Positions 27,933 to 36,284 of a stretch of 64,000 nt of DNA are shown here, in pieces. The stretch is from a virus (taxonomy: Duplodnaviria > Caudoviricetes): the IMG/VR virus record IMGVR_UViG_3300021412_000003, positions 4,929-68,928 of that record. One strand, 5' to 3'. The notes under the pieces are model-generated. The model was given only the letters and a program-made list of their open reading frames with translations, was not told the DNA's origin and ran no database searches. The first letter of the stretch is position 1; every line of letters begins with the position of its first letter. Position numbers and translations under genes: made by a program.

Positions 27933-28336
27933 GTCCAGAAGACAAATTGCCAGATGCAATTGCTGCCGTTCACGAACTAAATGAATCGGTAGTAGACCTT
28001 GCCGATGTTGTTAAGAAAGATCGCGAGTCTTCTAAGACACGAGACATGTGGCTGGCTGTCAGCGTGGCTTTGGACGTCATTCTTTCTTTCGTTATTGTTT
28101 TTGGTGGATATCTCATTGATCGTAGTCAAGATGAGATTTCCGCTATTCAGGAGGCTCAAAAGGCAGAGACAGAGCTCAACAGATCCAATCAATGCGCTCT
28201 AACGAATATGCTACTGCGTTTTGAAAATACTTCTACTACCAGTCCAACGGTTGCTCCTGAAGAGAAGCAGCGCCGCATAGAAGCCTATGCAGATCTTCAC
28301 AAGATTCACGCTGATCTGAAGTGCGAGAGCCAGTAG
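27929..28336 (+). CDS. Membrane protein (lysis cassette end)
   Basis: One TM (WLAVSVALDVILSFVIVFGGYL), two Cys in the external part. Confidence 0.7.
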   Translation: MSPEDKLPDAIAAVHELNESVVDLADVVKKDRESSKTRDMWLAVSVALDVILSFVIVFGGYLIDRSQDEISAIQEAQKAETELNRSNQCALTNMLLRFENTSTTSPTVAPEEKQRRIEAYADLHKIHADLKCESQ

Positions 28337-28545
28337 AGTTCAATCCCCCTCTAAGAATCAGTGTGCTCTTGCAGGGCTATGCGCTCTGGGTTCATTCCCT
28401 CCCTCTATTAAGAACCCCCTTCATTTTTCATGTGAGGGGGTTCGTTCGTATGCGCTGGGTTCAATCCCTCCCTATAAGAACCCCCTTCAATTTCGGCGCG
28501 CTCACGTGCGGGGTTCATTCCCTCCCTATAAAAGAACCCCCTTCA
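28337..28545. repeat. Three imperfect 33-36 bp direct repeats plus one degenerate copy
   Basis: GGGTTCAWTCCCTCCCT(C)TATWA(A)AGAACCCCCTTCA at 28388-28423, 28457-28489 and 28511-28545; degenerate copy near 28337. Confidence 0.85.
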
Positions 28546-28795
28546 AAGATCAAGATCTGCTCGCGCGCAGGGCTGCGTGTTAAAACCTTTCGTATTGCTG
28601 CGCGTTTGCTTTGCGTGCGCGCACTGCTCTCCGCGCTCGTGTGCGCCGGTTCCCCTATACCTTTGCGGGGCGGGTGCAAAGGGCCAAAAACGGCCCCTAC
28701 CTGGTACTTTAGGCAAAATCCGCTGTTGTGGGTAATGTTTTGGGCAGCACCACAACCCAACACCAACCACCCACCACGGCAAGGCAGGCAACCAC

Positions 28796-29116
28796 ATGGC
28801 ACACAACAGCACGGCCCGCCGCAAGGTAGTGGCCACCGCCCGACAAGGCGGTGCGGCCCGCAAGGGCAACCGCTACACCATGGGCACCGGCGTAAGTCAG
28901 GCAACGCAAGCCCTCTGGGCCACGCCTAGCTCCTACGAAACCGTGGGCAACCCGTTTGGCCCGGTGCGGCCCAGTAAGCGCACCATGGACGACTTGGCGA
29001 ACAAGGCCATAGCTGGGCTGGGCTCTGCCCAAACCAAGGGCGCAAAATGGGGGCGGGTCTGTCCCGGCTGCGGCTTGCAGCGTAGCCGCACCAACCTGTG
29101 TGGTTGCAACTCCTAG
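28796..29116 (+). CDS. Basic protein with C-terminal CPGC...CGC zinc motif
   Basis: AAGGCAGG before ATG; terminal Cys motif. Confidence 0.6.
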   Translation: MAHNSTARRKVVATARQGGAARKGNRYTMGTGVSQATQALWATPSSYETVGNPFGPVRPSKRTMDDLANKAIAGLGSAQTKGAKWGRVCPGCGLQRSRTNLCGCNS

Positions 29117-29128
29117 CACGCCGGTAGC

Positions 29129-29160
29129 GTGTGGGGCACCCCGCAAGGGGTTCCCTGCAC
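29129..29160 (+). terminator. 14-bp hairpin with GCAA tetraloop
   Basis: GTGTGGGGCACCCC-GCAA-GGGGTTCCCTGCAC just after stop codon. Confidence 0.5.
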
Positions 29161-29245
29161 GGTGCTTACGCGCCAACGTACACGGTCCAATCTGGGCCAC
29201 ACCCTTGCCCCTCCGGGGCAACTCCGCCACAGTTAGGGTACAATC

Positions 29246-29590
29246 ATGACTATCGTACATCTGGAGTTCCGTGATGAGGAGCTTCATTTCGACATCCCCG
29301 GCACTCCCGCCCCGGCCGAGGCGAACTACGGCCATCACTGGCAGGGGGTTCTTCCCGAATCGGAATTGCCGTGCGAAAATCTCCACTGCGATAAAAATAC
29401 GGCTTGGGCGCGCTGGACGGTGGCGCATCCCAACGTTACCGACGTACAGTTCCTGTGCCCGGAACATGCCTATGGAGTTGCCAAGGCAACCCCTTCTCTC
29501 CGCGCGGTGCTCTGCGCCCGAGATCCCCACAGCGAGTTTGAGGCTGTTCTGTGGGAGCAGGATGTCCAGGCCGACTTCCCCATTTACTAG
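29246..29590 (+). CDS. Hypothetical protein (Cys/His motifs)
   Basis: ORF track; plausible codon usage. Confidence 0.55.
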   Translation: MTIVHLEFRDEELHFDIPGTPAPAEANYGHHWQGVLPESELPCENLHCDKNTAWARWTVAHPNVTDVQFLCPEHAYGVAKATPSLRAVLCARDPHSEFEAVLWEQDVQADFPIY

Positions 29591-29602
29591 GAGAATACAA
29601 TT

Positions 29603-29809
29603 ATGATAATCAAGCATTTCAAATCTCATGTTGATGGAACCGACACAACGCAGCAGATCATTGCCGACACGGCATTGCGCCTGCTGCTGGGTGCGCTTGA
29701 AGAAGGCGACTACAACGGCGTGTTTCACAATCCGGAAGACGACACCTACTTCGTAGAGCTGGTCTCGCAAGAGGACACCACGGTTCTGACGTTCCAATTT
29801 GACCAGTAA
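29603..29809 (+). CDS. Hypothetical protein
   Basis: GGAGA RBS. Confidence 0.6.
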   Translation: MIIKHFKSHVDGTDTTQQIIADTALRLLLGALEEGDYNGVFHNPEDDTYFVELVSQEDTTVLTFQFDQ

Positions 29810-29818
29810 GAAAATCTC

Positions 29819-29847
29819 TTGGCCATCTCCGATGGGTATGGTACAGT
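29819..29847 (+). promoter_or_regulatory. SigA-type promoter TTGGCC-17-TACAGT
   Basis: 17-nt spacer; GGGTATGG-TACAGT identical to promoter at 32722. Confidence 0.7.
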
Positions 29848-29892
29848 TCAATCTGTACCGGGCGGCACCGGTACACGACGAAAGGAAAGGCA

Positions 29893-30399
29893 ATGACCAC
29901 TTCTGAGAAGCCCAACGTGGATCTCGAGCTCGAGCGGATGCTCTCGGGTGAGATCGTGGACGAGAGCGACAAGGATTGGACGTATCTCCTGAACAAGGAG
30001 CCGCAGTCCAACCACCAGCTCTTCGCCAAGATCATGCGCGAGAAGCTGGGTAGCGAGGCCGTGGACAACGCGACCCCGGAGCAGATGATCTACTGGCTCC
30101 TGGCGATGCACCGCTGGATGCAGAAGACCCAGGCCAACCGCGACCGCGCCGAGTTCCACGGGCGCACGGTGGGCTCGGTCCTGAAGGGCTCCGCCACCTT
30201 GGCGGAACGGCTCGGAGAGCGCAATGAGTCTGAGCTGCTCGTGACCCCGGTTCCGCTGGCTGTGGGCGAAGCCCCCAAGCCGAAGCGCCCGGTCCGGAAG
30301 CCGCGTCAGCGCAAGTCCGCTCCGAAGATGGACGTGGACGTTGTTGCTGAGGAGCTCAACGCCAAGGCGGAGCAACCCGAAGAGCTGGCCACCGCGTGA
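29893..30399 (+). CDS. Early protein, paralogue of 39543
   Basis: GAAAGGAAGG RBS; P..H..AK..E..T..Q..HR..Q pattern. Confidence 0.75.
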   Translation: MTTSEKPNVDLELERMLSGEIVDESDKDWTYLLNKEPQSNHQLFAKIMREKLGSEAVDNATPEQMIYWLLAMHRWMQKTQANRDRAEFHGRTVGSVLKGSATLAERLGERNESELLVTPVPLAVGEAPKPKRPVRKPRQRKSAPKMDVDVVAEELNAKAEQPEELATA

Positions 30400-30710
30400 A
30401 GGGAAGCCTGCCGGGGCTTCAGGTGAGAACCTGGGGTCTCGGGAGGAAGTTCCTTCCGGGAAGGAGAGTCGTGATAGTTGTACGTTTGCCGGAATATCCC
30501 CGAGAAGAGCGTCGAACCGTAAAGACTGGTCAAGGAGACGTCTATGTGGATTCTCGGCACATTCACACTGACGAGAAGGCTCGATGGAGCTGGTTCTTGG
30601 ATCTTGGCACTGGCGATGTCTCTGTGAATACAGATCTTCACGGTGGCTACGACAATTACGAACAACTCCGGAGGGAGTTCCCATTCCCGGAGGACTCGTA
30701 CCTCCCTTAG
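30396..30710 (+). CDS. Hypothetical protein
   Basis: GTGA overlap with upstream gene. Confidence 0.55.
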   Translation: MKGSLPGLQVRTWGLGRKFLPGRRVVIVVRLPEYPREERRTVKTGQGDVYVDSRHIHTDEKARWSWFLDLGTGDVSVNTDLHGGYDNYEQLRREFPFPEDSYLP

Positions 30711-30720
30711 ACCCCCTGTG

Positions 30721-30839
30721 GTGGAGGGTGAAACTCCTCCCCGGCTGATCTTGGCGATTAGGTCGGGGAGGGGCTTGAACCTCTACCTGGGTAGGACAAA
30801 GTTGTCCCTTCGGCGAACAGCGTAGTTCGTTACCCTCAC
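30721..30839 (+). ncRNA. Candidate structured RNA / leader
   Basis: ~17-bp hairpin 30734-30773, closing helix 30721-30731 with 30830-30839, further small hairpins. Confidence 0.4.
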
Positions 30840-30864
30840 TAATCATTACTACGAAAAGGCGACC

Positions 30865-31275
30865 ATGAATAATTCTTACGAGTTGCAGCAGTTGCAGCAG
30901 CGGTCTCTTGTTCGCAGTGCGTTGCGAGCATGGCTTCCGGCGATCAAGGCGGACTCCAATCCCAGGCTGATCAATGCCACCCTGACCGGAGACGTTCTCT
31001 GGAACGACGAACATATGCACATATGGATCGGGATTCACCTGGAATGGTTCGGCTCAGCCGAGGTTATGCAGGCCATCGTAAACGATGGAGAGATCGTCTC
31101 GGCCTCTTCTCAAACCTGCGAAGGCGAATTCGAGGAGTACGTATTCATGCGCGTCTTCGAGGACCTGGCGGAATTTGATCAGATGTCCAAATCTACGGAT
31201 CCCGCCGCGATGTACGGGCTTCGCCAAGCGGATGGCCTAGAAGGCATCCACGAATACTACAAGGAGAACTCATGA
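30865..31275 (+). CDS. Hypothetical protein
   Basis: GAAAAGG RBS. Confidence 0.65.
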   Translation: MNNSYELQQLQQRSLVRSALRAWLPAIKADSNPRLINATLTGDVLWNDEHMHIWIGIHLEWFGSAEVMQAIVNDGEIVSASSQTCEGEFEEYVFMRVFEDLAEFDQMSKSTDPAAMYGLRQADGLEGIHEYYKENS

Positions 31276-31412
31276 ATCCCCTGGTCAATCTAGCCCAGAA
31301 GGAGACAAAAAGCAGGTTCTGGAAGTATCCAGTGGCTCTGGCGGCAGGATTCCTCATTGGATCCTTGCTCCTGATTATATTCTACAACGTATCTGTATTG
31401 ATCATTCTATAG
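31272..31412 (+). CDS. 46-aa single-TM protein
   Basis: Hand translation, hydrophobic C-terminal half; ATGA overlap. Confidence 0.55.
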   Translation: MNPLVNLAQKETKSRFWKYPVALAAGFLIGSLLLIIFYNVSVLIIL

Positions 31413-31425
31413 AAAGGTTCTAGTA

Positions 31426-31839
31426 GTGTCTCTTAAATTGAAGATGGACGTGGACGTCCCGGAGAACCTCCTGAGCGAGATCTTAGTGACCGCCTTCGAC
31501 GGAGAAGACGCTGGATGCTTGTACTGGGCAGAAGTCAGGGATTACGAGGATGGAGTCAGGGACTGGCTCATCACGGAATTCGGCAGCGACAACTGGCTCT
31601 CGGTTCAGATCGGTGATGTGGAGGATGACTCCAAGGGTCCGTGGATTGTAGACCACAGCGTTATAGTCAGAGGGATGCAGGAGATACTGCTTAGAGACTA
31701 CAGGGGGAGTCAAGCCCTTCTCAAGCTCCAGGGCTACATCCGGGAAGCCGTTATCGAAGATGACGGAAGCCATCTGGACGCGATCGCCGTGGACACCATC
31801 ATTCAGATCGGACTCTTCGGAGAAGAGGTGTACGCATGA
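31426..31839 (+). CDS. Hypothetical acidic protein
   Basis: ORF track; AAAGG RBS. Confidence 0.65.
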   Translation: MSLKLKMDVDVPENLLSEILVTAFDGEDAGCLYWAEVRDYEDGVRDWLITEFGSDNWLSVQIGDVEDDSKGPWIVDHSVIVRGMQEILLRDYRGSQALLKLQGYIREAVIEDDGSHLDAIAVDTIIQIGLFGEEVYA

Positions 31840-31978
31840 ACTACTCTCATTGCCCGACTTGTGGTGCGCGTCTAATCGATTACGGCGGCGCATGGTGGCA
31901 TGTGACATCGTTCGCCATGGATCAACCTGCGTTGTCGCACGGATGCGTATCCCTGATTGCGATGGATGAGGCGGGCGC

Positions 31979-32158
31979 ATGACCGGCGAAGATGAACACC
32001 TGGAAGCCATGTACGAAGATGCTAACGGGAATCTGCACGGCATCGGCTCGCCCGAATGGGAGGACGACGAGGACGAGAATCTGGAATACGATGCGGATGA
32101 AACTTATGCCATGGAGCAAGTTTTGTATCCACACCACGATCCCGAGGAGGAGGAATAA
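31979..32158 (+). CDS. 59-aa very acidic protein, not in ORF track
   Basis: MTGEDEHLEAMYED...EWEDDEDENLEYDADE...PEEEE; overlaps at both ends. Confidence 0.55.
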   Translation: MTGEDEHLEAMYEDANGNLHGIGSPEWEDDEDENLEYDADETYAMEQVLYPHHDPEEEE

Positions 32159-32346
32159 TGAATACTTTCCATCATGACAATGTTGTGATCCACCACAATG
32201 GTGACTACAGCCATGAGGCTCGAGTTATTGTGCATAAAGAGAATTTGAAGGAAGAAATTCTTGTTCCTTGGGAGGCTCTGATGGCATTTTCCAAGGAAGC
32301 TACCGCCAGAACAATTGTCCAAATGATCGAAGACAAGTTCATCTAA
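32158..32346 (+). CDS. Hypothetical protein
   Basis: GGAGGAGG RBS. Confidence 0.65.
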   Translation: MNTFHHDNVVIHHNGDYSHEARVIVHKENLKEEILVPWEALMAFSKEATARTIVQMIEDKFI

Positions 32347-32354
32347 GGAGAAAA

Positions 32355-32714
32355 ATGAAGAAGTTCATTGCGGCTAGCCTGATTGCTGCTGCTGCAAGCC
32401 TCGGTCTTGCGGGCACCGCTCAAGCAGGTACGCCCGAGCAAAACAACGCGGCGATGAGTGAGTTCAGCTCGACCGTAGGGGTCGCCACAACTACCGGAGG
32501 ATTGGTCGGGACGGGAGTCGGATTCGTGGTGGGCTGTGCCGTCTTCGGCCTGGTCACCAGCCCGACGGTGGTTCTCGTTCCGGTCGCCTGCCTTACCGGA
32601 GGAGCTGCCCTCGCCGCTGCTGGCGGAGTCATCGGCACTTTGATCGTGGGCGGACCGACCGCTGTAGTTAAGGGCGTTCAGATGGTTCAGGTTCTCCTGA
32701 CACCTGCTCTGTAG
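32355..32714 (+). CDS. Secreted glycine-zipper membrane protein
   Basis: MKKF...AQA signal peptide, then GxxxG repeats with two Cys; AAGGAG RBS. Confidence 0.75.
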   Translation: MKKFIAASLIAAAASLGLAGTAQAGTPEQNNAAMSEFSSTVGVATTTGGLVGTGVGFVVGCAVFGLVTSPTVVLVPVACLTGGAALAAAGGVIGTLIVGGPTAVVKGVQMVQVLLTPAL

Positions 32715-32721
32715 CTAGCCA

Positions 32722-32750
32722 TTGTCCGCGATGGGCGGGTATGGTACAGT
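32722..32750 (+). promoter_or_regulatory. SigA-type promoter TTGTCC-17-TACAGT
   Basis: Matches promoter at 29819. Confidence 0.7.
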
Positions 32751-32780
32751 GATCAAGCGGCCCAGGCGAAAGGCGAAATT

Positions 32781-33221
32781 GTGCCCAGTATCACGTGTGG
32801 CAATTGCCGTGGAACCCACTCGTCCGTCGCGGACGTGAGATGGTGCCACAAGAACTGGATTTCTAAGGAAGAGGTCGACAAGGCCGCCACGTTCACGCAG
32901 AAACAGCTTCCGGGAGGACACTACGCTCTCCTCGATGACGAGGGAACGTGGAAGTTCTACCGGGTCTCGTGGGGCAAAGAAGGCGGACGATGGGAAGGCC
33001 GTGCCTTTCTGGAGGTGCAGGCCAGCGACGATCTGCACAAGGTTCGAAACCCCCACACACGCAACTCGATCTTCGCAAGGATCGCCGAAGACCCCAAGGA
33101 GGCGGCACTCCAGTACGGTCATCAGATCGGTCGGTGCTCGGTGTGTAACCGAACGCTGACCAACGAGAATAGCATCGCAGCGGGCATCGGCCCGAAATGC
33201 GCAGGAGACAGAGGATGGTAA
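32781..33221 (+). CDS. DUF6011-like zinc-ribbon protein
   Basis: YGHQIGRCSVCNRTLTNENSIAAGIGPKCA. Confidence 0.75.
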   Translation: MPSITCGNCRGTHSSVADVRWCHKNWISKEEVDKAATFTQKQLPGGHYALLDDEGTWKFYRVSWGKEGGRWEGRAFLEVQASDDLHKVRNPHTRNSIFARIAEDPKEAALQYGHQIGRCSVCNRTLTNENSIAAGIGPKCAGDRGW

Positions 33222-33604
33222 TGAAAAAGGCAATCGTAACGGCCCTCATCGCGCTGGCTGGCGGAGGAGTGCTGGTCGGGTGTTCGTCCGACGCGGACGT
33301 CGCGAACGAGAACATCAAGAAGCAGGCCGAGAACTTCGAGATCGCCCGTCGGGTGGTGGCGGTGAACACGATCACCGGCGAATACATCTTGGAAGTGAAG
33401 GGTCTGTGCTCGCTGGAGTGGCCGGAGCGTCGTGCAGACATCATCTGCAGACTGTCCTCGGGACAGTTCATCAAGCACACGGTACACCTCAGCGACAATG
33501 TTACGGTGTTCTCCGAGCAGACCAATGGCACGTCCGTCTCCACGGACCGATACGAGGTGAACTTCAAGCCTCAGTCCCTCGTGCCCAACTTCGAGAAGCG
33601 CTGA
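33221..33604 (+). CDS. Lipoprotein
   Basis: MKK...LVGC lipobox; SDADVANENIKKQAENFE family of phage lipoproteins. Confidence 0.75.
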   Translation: MKKAIVTALIALAGGGVLVGCSSDADVANENIKKQAENFEIARRVVAVNTITGEYILEVKGLCSLEWPERRADIICRLSSGQFIKHTVHLSDNVTVFSEQTNGTSVSTDRYEVNFKPQSLVPNFEKR

Positions 33605-33819
33605 TGCACAGCGCGACTTGCCAGAAGTGCAAGTCTGAGATCTTCATCCACCGATGGGCGGTCAAAGCGACAACCCAGATGGGGAAGGTCAAAGGCAAGG
33701 AGATCAAGACCCCTGTCTGGAGGCATCGAATCCAGACTGCGCCAGGTGCTCTGTGTGGAGACGGCACCGACATGACGCTCACCGCGACTCCACCGCCGGG
33801 AAAGGAATACAAGGAATGA
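33604..33819 (+). CDS. Small zinc-binding hypothetical protein
   Basis: CQKC N-terminus; TGATG coupling. Confidence 0.55.
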   Translation: MHSATCQKCKSEIFIHRWAVKATTQMGKVKGKEIKTPVWRHRIQTAPGALCGDGTDMTLTATPPPGKEYKE

Positions 33820-34040
33820 CGCTGGATGGGGACGCCAAGCGCAATGAAGTGAACTGGGCGCGAAATCACGCCCTGGCTTGGGCGGAAAAGAATGGCCTTG
33901 AAGACGACGAGGCCGATGGCTTCGCCGAGTACTTCAAAGACGGGTGGCTTTCCCATCTGGAGAAGAATGCGGACCAGGTGGACCGCGATCTTCGCACGGT
34001 GTACAACACGTATCGAAAGGAAAAGGCCAGTGGTGGCTGA
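33816..34040 (+). CDS. Hypothetical protein
   Basis: ATGA overlap, AAGGA RBS. Confidence 0.55.
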   Translation: MTLDGDAKRNEVNWARNHALAWAEKNGLEDDEADGFAEYFKDGWLSHLEKNADQVDRDLRTVYNTYRKEKASGG

Positions 34041-35064
34041 CGAACGCTTCGAGAGGAAGCTCAAGCAGGTTGAAGACCTGCTGCGGCTTGCTTCCGACGA
34101 GAACACCACAATTCACGAACGAGAGCTGGCTCAGATTCGCGCTGAAGCGATTATGTTCCAGAATCGCATCGACCGAGCCATGCTCTACAAGAACAATCCG
34201 GGCACCGACAAGCGCGAGGTCCTTACCCGAGAGTACGACGCGGCAGCCGCCGAGGAGTTCATCGGGGTGGCCAATCACATGCGAGCCAACATCTTCATTC
34301 ACATGGGCTGCATGGCTCACGACCGCTGGCGGAAACTGACGGTTGTGGGATACGAGGAAGACATCCTGATGGCAGAAATGCTGTGGGCTCAGGTCTTCTT
34401 GCACTTCACCCGCACGGTGTTCCCTCGCTGGGAGAACCACAAGAGCTTCGACGCCAACGTCTTCGACCTGAAGTCGGCCGGTTACTCCTGGCCGTATGTG
34501 AGAGAAGAGGGGCTGAAGCGAGACGCGGGTGACCAGACGGGCAAGCTGACCGCGAAGAATGCGGGCAGCAAGCTCCGGACCGCCTACAAGCGAGAGGCTA
34601 CCCGCCGAGGGGAGAAGGTCGGCACGCAGCCGATCAACTTCAAGAAGTGGCGAACCTCATTCGCAGATGCCTACGCTTCCCGGCTGGGGCAGCGTCTCCG
34701 CCAGATGAAGACGGCGAACGAGGCCGAGGCTGGCGAAGCCGGAGTGCTGGCACTAGTGTCCGAGCAGGATCGCATCAAGCAGCAATTCTACGCGCTGTTC
34801 CCCGAGCTGAATCCAGAGGTGCGCAAGCGTCGAAATGACGAAGCTGCGGCAGCCGAAGAAGCTCGATGGAATGCCCTGACTCCGGAACAGCAGCAGGCAG
34901 AGCTCCGCAGGCGGCAGAAGGAAGACGAGAAGTGGGTTCGGCAGAACTCCAAGCGGAGCCCCTACTACGACGACGGTGGATGGTCTGCCGGAGTTCGGGC
35001 CGCTGACAAGGCGGACCTCGGACAGGACAAAATCGGAGCAAGCTCCGGGAAGGAATTGCAGTGA
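34030..35064 (+). CDS. DUF2786-domain protein
   Basis: LKQVEDLLRLASD...ERELAQIRAEAIM N-terminal signature. Confidence 0.7.
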   Translation: MVADERFERKLKQVEDLLRLASDENTTIHERELAQIRAEAIMFQNRIDRAMLYKNNPGTDKREVLTREYDAAAAEEFIGVANHMRANIFIHMGCMAHDRWRKLTVVGYEEDILMAEMLWAQVFLHFTRTVFPRWENHKSFDANVFDLKSAGYSWPYVREEGLKRDAGDQTGKLTAKNAGSKLRTAYKREATRRGEKVGTQPINFKKWRTSFADAYASRLGQRLRQMKTANEAEAGEAGVLALVSEQDRIKQQFYALFPELNPEVRKRRNDEAAAAEEARWNALTPEQQQAELRRRQKEDEKWVRQNSKRSPYYDDGGWSAGVRAADKADLGQDKIGASSGKELQ

Positions 35065-35270
35065 ACAAAGAGGGATTCCCTTTCGCTCTCCTCTTCATCG
35101 CGATCATCGGTACGATCTTCGCCACCGTGCTCGGGATGATCGCAGCCGGACTCGCGGTTCTCAGCGGGGAGAACTGGGTTCCCTGGACCGTCGGTACCGG
35201 GCTCATCGCCTGGGCGATCGGGGCTGGGCTGGCGATCTGGGTCATCATCGAAGACAAGGCCAGTAGGTAA
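35061..35270 (+). CDS. Two-TM membrane protein
   Basis: Hydrophobic segments. Confidence 0.65.
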   Translation: MNKEGFPFALLFIAIIGTIFATVLGMIAAGLAVLSGENWVPWTVGTGLIAWAIGAGLAIWVIIEDKASR

Positions 35271-35272
35271 TC

Positions 35273-35725
35273 ATGAATGATTCTGAGAAGGTGAATATCT
35301 TCTATGTTTCCGCCAGTAGCCAGAAGGGCTTCACGATGGACCCTTCTCAGGCGATCGTAGACCTCACGGGTGCCCCGGTGATCGCTCCGGGGCATGTGAA
35401 GAACATCCTGGCGAAGCAGGATCGCATCTATCAACGCTCGCTGGACGTACAGCGGACGGCTGTGAAGCGTATCTGGAATGTTCTCCTGGACGAGATGGAG
35501 AGATATTTCGAACTGCAAGAAAAGTTTGACCTGGAATTCATAACGGTCAAGGAGGGATCCTGTCCCTCCGAAAGAGCCTTCAGGGAATCCTGGGGATGCA
35601 TGGCTGGCCTCATTCAGGCCATTGCCATTCTGGAATACGGACACGACTACAAGCAAGATCCCAAGATCACTCTGGACAAGGTGGCCCAGATGGCTCGGGT
35701 ACGATACGATCAGGAGTCAGAATAA
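35273..35725 (+). CDS. Hypothetical protein
   Basis: ORF track; tight packing. Confidence 0.6.
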   Translation: MNDSEKVNIFYVSASSQKGFTMDPSQAIVDLTGAPVIAPGHVKNILAKQDRIYQRSLDVQRTAVKRIWNVLLDEMERYFELQEKFDLEFITVKEGSCPSERAFRESWGCMAGLIQAIAILEYGHDYKQDPKITLDKVAQMARVRYDQESE

Positions 35726-36000
35726 TGGATTTGCTCAGTACTGAAGAGGCTCGCGCAGAAGGAGCCGCAGTCCTCAAGGACGCGCAGAAGCATGTCGATG
35801 GCCTCATGCAGGTTCTGCGGACTCACACCGAGCAGAACAACAGTGACGTCGAGAAGTTGGCGCACTTCCTCACCGCGCAGATCATCATCGGGGCTTGCCC
35901 CGATACGATCGCGATGGCAACCAATCTGTTCGCGGCGATGCTGAAGCTGCGGGACGCTGAGAAGGAGCTCGCCGAGCTCAAGAACGGAGAGAACAAGTGA
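35725..36000 (+). CDS. Hypothetical protein, C-terminus similar to next gene
   Basis: LKLRDAEKELAELK. Confidence 0.6.
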   Translation: MDLLSTEEARAEGAAVLKDAQKHVDGLMQVLRTHTEQNNSDVEKLAHFLTAQIIIGACPDTIAMATNLFAAMLKLRDAEKELAELKNGENK

Positions 36001-36284
36001 ACAACGAGGAAAAGCTCGAAGCCATCTCGGGCGCTGTCGCCGACGAGAAGATCAAGGCAGCGATGGAGGATGCCCGTCAGGAGTTCGAAGATCTCATGGT
36101 CGAGGTGAAGGACGACAATGGCGGCACCTTGTCGGACGAACACCAGTTCATGCTCTGGGGTCTCGCGGCTGCGATGGGCGAAGCCTGCTACGCGGAGTTC
36201 AAGGCCCGGAGCGCGCTGTTCATGGCCATCCTCCGTGTCCGTGACCTGGAGAAGGAGCTGGCCGAGCTCAAGGCCAAGGCATGA
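35997..36284 (+). CDS. Hypothetical protein
   Basis: LRVRDLEKELAELK. Confidence 0.6.
   Translation: MNNEEKLEAISGAVADEKIKAAMEDARQEFEDLMVEVKDDNGGTLSDEHQFMLWGLAAAMGEACYAEFKARSALFMAILRVRDLEKELAELKAKA

Noticed and set aside
28388-28545. Canonical CRISPR array
   Set aside because: Only three imperfect, non-palindromic repeats with unequal spacers and no cas1/cas2; the Cas4-like gene is 12 kb away in a recombination operon. Kept only as a repeat.
28321-28929. 202-aa ORF across the repeat region
   Set aside because: Translation only mirrors the DNA repeats, then overlaps the better ORF at 28796; treated as non-coding.
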